39,643 bases of DNA. Origin: an uncultured bacterium. GTDB taxonomy: Bacteria > Armatimonadota > Zipacnadia > Zipacnadales > Zipacnadaceae. This document shows, piece after piece, positions 36,201 to 39,643 of the stretch. Location: NCBI GenBank assembly GCA_937928475.1, contig CALFVE010000217.1:1-39643 (forward strand). The letters are read 5' to 3'. Positions within the stretch are counted from its first letter, which is position 1, and every line of letters begins with the position of its first letter. The notes under the pieces are model-generated. The model saw nothing but the letters and a program-made list of their open reading frames with translations. It did no database searches and had not been told where the DNA came from. Position numbers and translations under genes: made by a program.

Positions 36201-38100
36201 CGAGACCCTGCCCTTCTCCTTGGACGGAGTTGACCCAACCTTGGCGGGGGCAAAGATGGTGGGGTTCAAAATCTTCCGTGAGCAGGTCAAGGCAGAGGGC
36301 TGGCAGCAACTGGCGGCCTATGAGGACGGGACGCCCGCGCTGCTGACCCGCACACTCGGCAGGGGGAGGCTCGTATACCTCAACGCCATCTACCAAAGCC
36401 ACTGGTACATTCAGTGGGTGACGCCGACGGGGCCGGAGCGCCAGGGCTTCTACCGGCTCATTGAGTGGCTGTGCGGTCAGGCTGGCGCGCGCCGCAACCT
36501 GCGCCTGGAGGGCAACCTGAACCAGGTTCTGCACATGGCGGTGCAGCATTTCACCGATCCCACTGGGCAGATTCAATACGCGATTGTGCGCACCAACGGG
36601 GAGGTGCCGTGGACCAACGGAACGCTTCGGTGGCTGGGGCCGCAGACGGCAGCGTACGATGTCCTGGCGGGCGAGGTGGGGCAGCCGACGCCGCTGAAGG
36701 GCAAGGAGATTGCCCTGAACCTGCGACCAGGGGATGGGAAGTTGCTGGCCTTTGTGCCGGCGCCAGTGCAGACGATCCAGGTAACGGCTGCCCCCGCGCG
36801 AGTCACGCTGGGCAGTCCTTTGCGAGTCAGAGTGGAGATTCTGGATCGGCAGGGCCGGCCAGTGGCGGGCGAGTTCCCGCTGGAGTTGCGGGTGGAAGGA
36901 CAAGGCGGCCGCATCCGAGGCTTGGACCGCTCCTTTTCGCTACGCAGCAGCGGGGAGTACGTGGTCAACACCGCGCTGAACGAACCGGTCGGGCGCTGGA
37001 CCATCACTGTCACGGACGGCATCAGCGGCCTTTCGGGGAAGGCCCAGGTCGAGGCAACCGGGGCACCGGGGGCAGCAACTGCGCCGGGCTTCCTCGCCTG
37101 GGGCTGGCCCTCGGAGGTGATGGAGCCGATGCAGGTATCCGCCGAGGAGTTCGTCTCTCGCCTCCGGGCCCTGGCTGATCTATATCGTCGGGACTTGTCC
37201 GACGAGAACTGGATGGTCAAGCAGTACCTGGGCTACTACTACGACTACTTCCCGGGCACGCGACACGACCTGCTGCGTCCGCTGAACGACTGCAACTGGC
37301 CGGACTACGTGCAGGCGCTGCGGGAAGCGGTGAACGGTGGCGCGACCTTTATCCTCACCGGAGAGGATGTGGGGATTGACCCGGCGACAGGGCTGGGGAC
37401 CTGGCCGCACCATGAGGGTCGGCAGTTGGAGGCGCTGAGCGCGGCCCTGGCCGGCGCGAGGTGGACGCTGGGCACGCGCGACGGGGACACGGTTGTGGCT
37501 CGCCTGGGAGCCGGGCGCGTTGTTCTTTGCCGGGAGTCCATAGACGCGGCGGGCAACACCAATCCGGAGATGGCGCGGTGGCAGCAGCGCTGGCTGGCGG
37601 AACTGCGGCAGGCGACCGGCGGAACGGAGTCGGCCGTGTCCGTCCCGGCGCCGAACGCGGAGAAACTGGTCCGCTGGTGGGCAGGGCAGGAGGCCTTGAC
37701 CTCGGGGCCGCGCACCGTGACTTGGTTCGGCGGCAACTACCGTGAAAGAGAGTTCACGCTGAGTCCCAATCGGCCGCTGGGGGAGACCTTCGCCGTCGTC
37801 CTGCCGCCGACCGGCGAGTTGCAGGAGGCCCAGTTCTCACTGCTGGTCGAGGAGGGGGCCGACCCCCTACAGGTGGACGTGGGCTGTGATGACGTGGTGG
37901 ACAGCGAGATTGAGCCAGCCGGAGGACAGGCCGCACCGGTCAAGTTGACCGAGGAGATTCGCCGGTACCTGGGATGGCGGGCCAAGCAAGGGGACCTGCC
38001 CTACCGGGACGACAGCCGCTGGCGCGTGGTGCCCATCCGCATTACCTCGGCCGGCGCCGCCAAGGTGCAGGTGAAGGATCCGATCGTGACCGTGCAGTAG
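33262..38100 (+). CDS. Giant (1612 aa) secreted multidomain protein with GH42-like beta-galactosidase-type core plus trimerisation (GATase1-like) domain, Ig-like modules and unassigned regions
   Basis: GGAGG lies 11 nt upstream of ATG 33262. Signal peptide MRTPHAVRRFVLVLLLGAPLLQCASRPAGAAA. GH42-like order of elements: RYYNEGVG (candidate NE acid/base), CRAFQWYLKTKYPDLAALNAVWRTNYQTWDEV (a hallmark GH42 segment), SVMTENMFWGW (candidate nucleophile region), then YKALFVVGRQAISAAEAERLDEFVRGGGTLVFTSRF (GH42 middle-domain pattern). Ig-like segments include LTLSVHVTTPRGKVVYSNTETVNL, LKLTLVADKRGYQTGETANLLLTA and IQVTAAPARVTLGSPLRVRVEILDRQGRPVAGEFPLELRV. Confidence 0.85.
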   Translation: MRTPHAVRRFVLVLLLGAPLLQCASRPAGAAAYPLPGPQLEEVPGPVLSQEGIPAPATWPALRYEQPLRILAITSKGNSAAAYQRIARRMRASLDLRYLGGGDDIYHVNDKWIEPKDNPTAQELREYTVKVIRDTVSAAAAEPRYEVIFCDNPGQILADAQLQEGLLACARQGTVLVVCANYYPAEGSPLAPLWPGKAEPRNSWMAGGARRTEAAEVAGLPLERLMGHTWIPLTSAAEGAVALATGESGACFLRRVDRGAVVFCPTGPISRRHDAIAAHGRRYDHDEIWLRLWDQVLYLLVRGEKAFPALTDLTAGETEAPPGQEYVLAGKVINRTFAGPLTLSVHVTTPRGKVVYSNTETVNLPAGQEAAREIRVPIRPEWAAGLYPVYLTLGEAKTKRQFHQSLQYIPVTGSLKLTLVADKRGYQTGETANLLLTATAAAPWQGRLLFGVYDFRGRLLAAEERPVTLGAEPQDLTFTYRMSDHGVRDDTFWAEVAAVRDGQEWERAEAKFYRYDRWSMRNEYQWSTWSGVACAAPSLVPMGMRMMAHAGMNAFGYPGRSELYYPAERWSWRYYNEGVGMNTWGPVIEYENEAEIEAQLLKEAEKAPSNPDLTSAALVLASVGEEAGFKHGWGTRYYWEEPVAPEKACRAFQWYLKTKYPDLAALNAVWRTNYQTWDEVKLTEEFSGRSPALEADGWAHPKGSPLGAGVTAVSLAPYQDTADFYNWYYDQIVNTARRILREKINPVTLTMSSAPTIGSANYDVRLTGPSAWNESQSYSINTGPEPGFGLIWGHFDWSVMTENMFWGWLLTRSGHNNYWVDIPLMFNGDMSHTRASFAMRRWTHRLAGHERIILDSRPFVSEVGVLGHNGLGQDRTRLNMTDSVKVALQQSGFGFGEADPQDLRGYKALFVVGRQAISAAEAERLDEFVRGGGTLVFTSRFATQTELGMPQPVTPGAGLAEKWGLQTTPEIANIPQYHSNETLPFSLDGVDPTLAGAKMVGFKIFREQVKAEGWQQLAAYEDGTPALLTRTLGRGRLVYLNAIYQSHWYIQWVTPTGPERQGFYRLIEWLCGQAGARRNLRLEGNLNQVLHMAVQHFTDPTGQIQYAIVRTNGEVPWTNGTLRWLGPQTAAYDVLAGEVGQPTPLKGKEIALNLRPGDGKLLAFVPAPVQTIQVTAAPARVTLGSPLRVRVEILDRQGRPVAGEFPLELRVEGQGGRIRGLDRSFSLRSSGEYVVNTALNEPVGRWTITVTDGISGLSGKAQVEATGAPGAATAPGFLAWGWPSEVMEPMQVSAEEFVSRLRALADLYRRDLSDENWMVKQYLGYYYDYFPGTRHDLLRPLNDCNWPDYVQALREAVNGGATFILTGEDVGIDPATGLGTWPHHEGRQLEALSAALAGARWTLGTRDGDTVVARLGAGRVVLCRESIDAAGNTNPEMARWQQRWLAELRQATGGTESAVSVPAPNAEKLVRWWAGQEALTSGPRTVTWFGGNYREREFTLSPNRPLGETFAVVLPPTGELQEAQFSLLVEEGADPLQVDVGCDDVVDSEIEPAGGQAAPVKLTEEIRRYLGWRAKQGDLPYRDDSRWRVVPIRITSAGAAKVQVKDPIVTVQ

Positions 38101-38158
38101 CGCCAGGCGGACCGGTGCGGCTGGGCCGAACTGAGAGTCGAAGCGAGGTGAGCCGATA

Positions 38159-39643
38159 ATGTTCGAAGCGGGCATCAAGAGGCGCAGGTTGGTGATGAGT
38201 ATCGTGGCTTTGGTCGCATTGCTGATGGCCGCCGCCAGGTTGGTGGCGGCCGATGAGCCGTTCGTGCTGGTGCCGGCGCCGGGGAAGGTAGTGGTGGACG
38301 GCAAGCCCGATGACTGGGATCTATCGGGAGCCTACGGCCCGCGGACCTTCGACGCGGAGTTCTTGGGGGAGTATGACGCCACGTTCTACGGGATGTATGA
38401 CGATACCAACCTGTACCTATTCTTTCACGTGCACGACGCCACGCCTCTGGTCAACAAGGGCATCGTGGAAGAGGGCAACTACTGGGCGGGGGACTCGATT
38501 GAGGTGCGTTTCTCCTTGAACCCGGAGGACGGCGTGCCGCCCAAGCAGGACAGCCCGGACATTCGCCACATCGCCCTGTGGTACAACAGCGACCGGGAGA
38601 AACCGCAGTACAAGGTGCAGGCGACCATGAAATACAACGCCTGGCCGGATACGGGTCTGCAGGTGGTCTTCCGCAAGTGGGAGGACGGCCGGGGGTGGGA
38701 CTGCGAGATGGCGGTGCCCTGGAACACGCTATCGGAGACGCAGCGACCGAAACCAGGCGAGTATATCGGCTGGTGCATGGCCGTGCTGATGGGCAACCAG
38801 CCGGGAACGGGTTTTTGGCGCAAGATCAACGTGCTGGCCAACGACATCAACTACCAGAGCACCTCGGAATGGCATACGCCGGGAGCATTCTTCTCGCCCA
38901 CCGGGAAGGTAGCCCCCAATCCCAAGACGCAGACACCGCCGGCCACGACGGCCCCGGGGGCGGTGCCGATCACCCACATCGAGTACACGCTGCCGCGAGC
39001 AGGGGAGGTTTCGCTGGCGGTGTACAACCCCCAGGGGCGGATGGTGCGGACGCTGCTGGTGGCCGAGCCACAGGATGCCGGGCCTCAGCGGGTAGCCTGG
39101 GACGGATACGACGATGACGGCAATCCGCTGCCGCCGAGGGAGTACCGCTGGAAACTGGCGGTGGGAGACGGCGTGCGGGCGACATACGTGATGGGGCTGC
39201 TCAACGGCGGCACTCCGAAGTACCCTACCGCCGACGGGAAGGGCAGTTGGGGCGGTATCTGGGGGAATGTGGTGGATACCGCGGCGGACGAAAGCGGGGT
39301 GTATCTGCTGTGGGAGATGGAAGAGGGACAAGGAGCGCTGGTCAAGATTGACCCGCAGGGGATGGTGATTTGGAAGCAGCACATACCCCAGGCGCTGGCG
39401 GCGTACCAGTCATGCTTGGCTTCCAACGGCGAGTACGTGGTGGTGGCATGTGGGCGCGGGCTGTGGCGGGTCAAGGCCTCCAACGGAGAATACGCGCCCT
39501 TCACTGCCAAAGACCCCTATGTGCAGTTACCCCCGCCAGACGGTTGGAAGGACCTGAAGCCGGAGGAGCGGGTGCAGCGGGTGCCGGAACTGGCGCGGCT
39601 GCCTTTCTTGAGCGCTGTAGAGCAGCACCTCACCGGCATCGCG
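38159..39643 (+). CDS. Secreted protein with CBM9-like N-terminal domain, FlgD-Ig-like domain and a further (beta-propeller-like?) region; 3' end runs off the window
   Basis: Absent from the ORF track because no stop lies in the window. ATG 38159 has GAGGTGAG 8 nt upstream, and the frame is open for exactly 495 codons to base 39643. My translation begins MFEAGIKRRRLVMSIVALVALLMAAARLVAADEPF (signal peptide). CBM9-like elements: APGKVVVDGKPDDWDLSGAYG, FYGMYDDTNLYLFFHVHDATP, GDSIEVRFSLNP, GWDCEMAVPWNTL. FlgD-Ig-like segment: ITHIEYTLPRAGEVSLAVYNPQGRMVRTLL...QRVAWDGYDDDGNPLPPREYRWKLAV (nt ~38960-39155). Confidence 0.82.
   Translation, partial: MFEAGIKRRRLVMSIVALVALLMAAARLVAADEPFVLVPAPGKVVVDGKPDDWDLSGAYGPRTFDAEFLGEYDATFYGMYDDTNLYLFFHVHDATPLVNKGIVEEGNYWAGDSIEVRFSLNPEDGVPPKQDSPDIRHIALWYNSDREKPQYKVQATMKYNAWPDTGLQVVFRKWEDGRGWDCEMAVPWNTLSETQRPKPGEYIGWCMAVLMGNQPGTGFWRKINVLANDINYQSTSEWHTPGAFFSPTGKVAPNPKTQTPPATTAPGAVPITHIEYTLPRAGEVSLAVYNPQGRMVRTLLVAEPQDAGPQRVAWDGYDDDGNPLPPREYRWKLAVGDGVRATYVMGLLNGGTPKYPTADGKGSWGGIWGNVVDTAADESGVYLLWEMEEGQGALVKIDPQGMVIWKQHIPQALAAYQSCLASNGEYVVVACGRGLWRVKASNGEYAPFTAKDPYVQLPPPDGWKDLKPEERVQRVPELARLPFLSAVEQHLTGIA

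Noticed and set aside
35653-36903. 416-aa minus-strand ORF inside the 1612-aa gene
   Set aside because: Arg/Pro/Leu/Gln-rich translation typical of an antisense frame in GC-rich coding DNA. It has no start-site signals and is fully contained in a stronger ORF.
1-39643. Search for tRNA/rRNA genes, CRISPR repeats, IS elements/integrases, toxin-antitoxin or defence-type genes (nucleases, ATPases, reverse transcriptase)
   Set aside because: No intergenic region contains a tRNA-like T-arm/acceptor pattern or regularly spaced repeats. No ORF shows DDE/tyrosine-recombinase, RT, helicase/ATPase Walker or nuclease motifs. The only tandem repeat is the coding 54-bp array at 3032-3232.

Overview
This is a 39.6-kb, gene-dense bacterial chromosomal segment with high GC (about two-thirds G+C by eye). 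I support 32 protein-coding features, one of which is a frameshifted pseudogene candidate. Two of them (1..1317 minus and 38159..39643 plus) are missing from the supplied ORF track because they run off the window. I recognised no rRNA, tRNA, CRISPR array, transposase, integrase or phage gene. Left to right the window holds: a PD40 propeller + TPR pair; a zinc-ribbon/repeat membrane protein + an FHA-domain polytopic membrane protein; a Gfo/Idh/MocA oxidoreductase + TIM-barrel sugar isomerase pair; a KDO (LPS inner-core) operon kdsB-kdsA-kdsD followed by a metallophosphoesterase, coaX and dus; an uncharacterised two-gene dehydrogenase-like module whose second gene resembles cyanobacterial acyl-ACP reductase; lysS; a trio of GT-C glycosyltransferase, UbiA-family polyprenyl-phosphate phosphoribosyltransferase and SMR-type small membrane protein; mgtC; a CBM9-like secreted protein; an operon of a ~660-aa uncharacterised polytopic membrane protein with MTA phosphorylase and a HAD-IIA phosphatase; an ACT-like ORF and an orphan ORF; htpX; and a PEBP lipoprotein. 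The last ~11 kb is a divergent cluster of very large secreted proteins (~1175 aa, 1612 aa, >495 aa, plus a frameshifted ~385-aa gene). These share CBM9-like and C-terminal jelly-roll-like modules and include a GH42-like core. The KDO genes indicate a diderm, LPS-producing organism. The best candidates for undescribed biology are the giant secreted-protein cluster (27.7-39.6 kb), the GT-C/UbiA/SMR lipid-linked pentose module (16.3-19.5 kb), the AAR-like gene pair (12.8-14.8 kb) and the membrane protein-mtnP-HAD operon (21.8-25.3 kb). All family assignments come from motif recognition by eye and none was verified by a database search.
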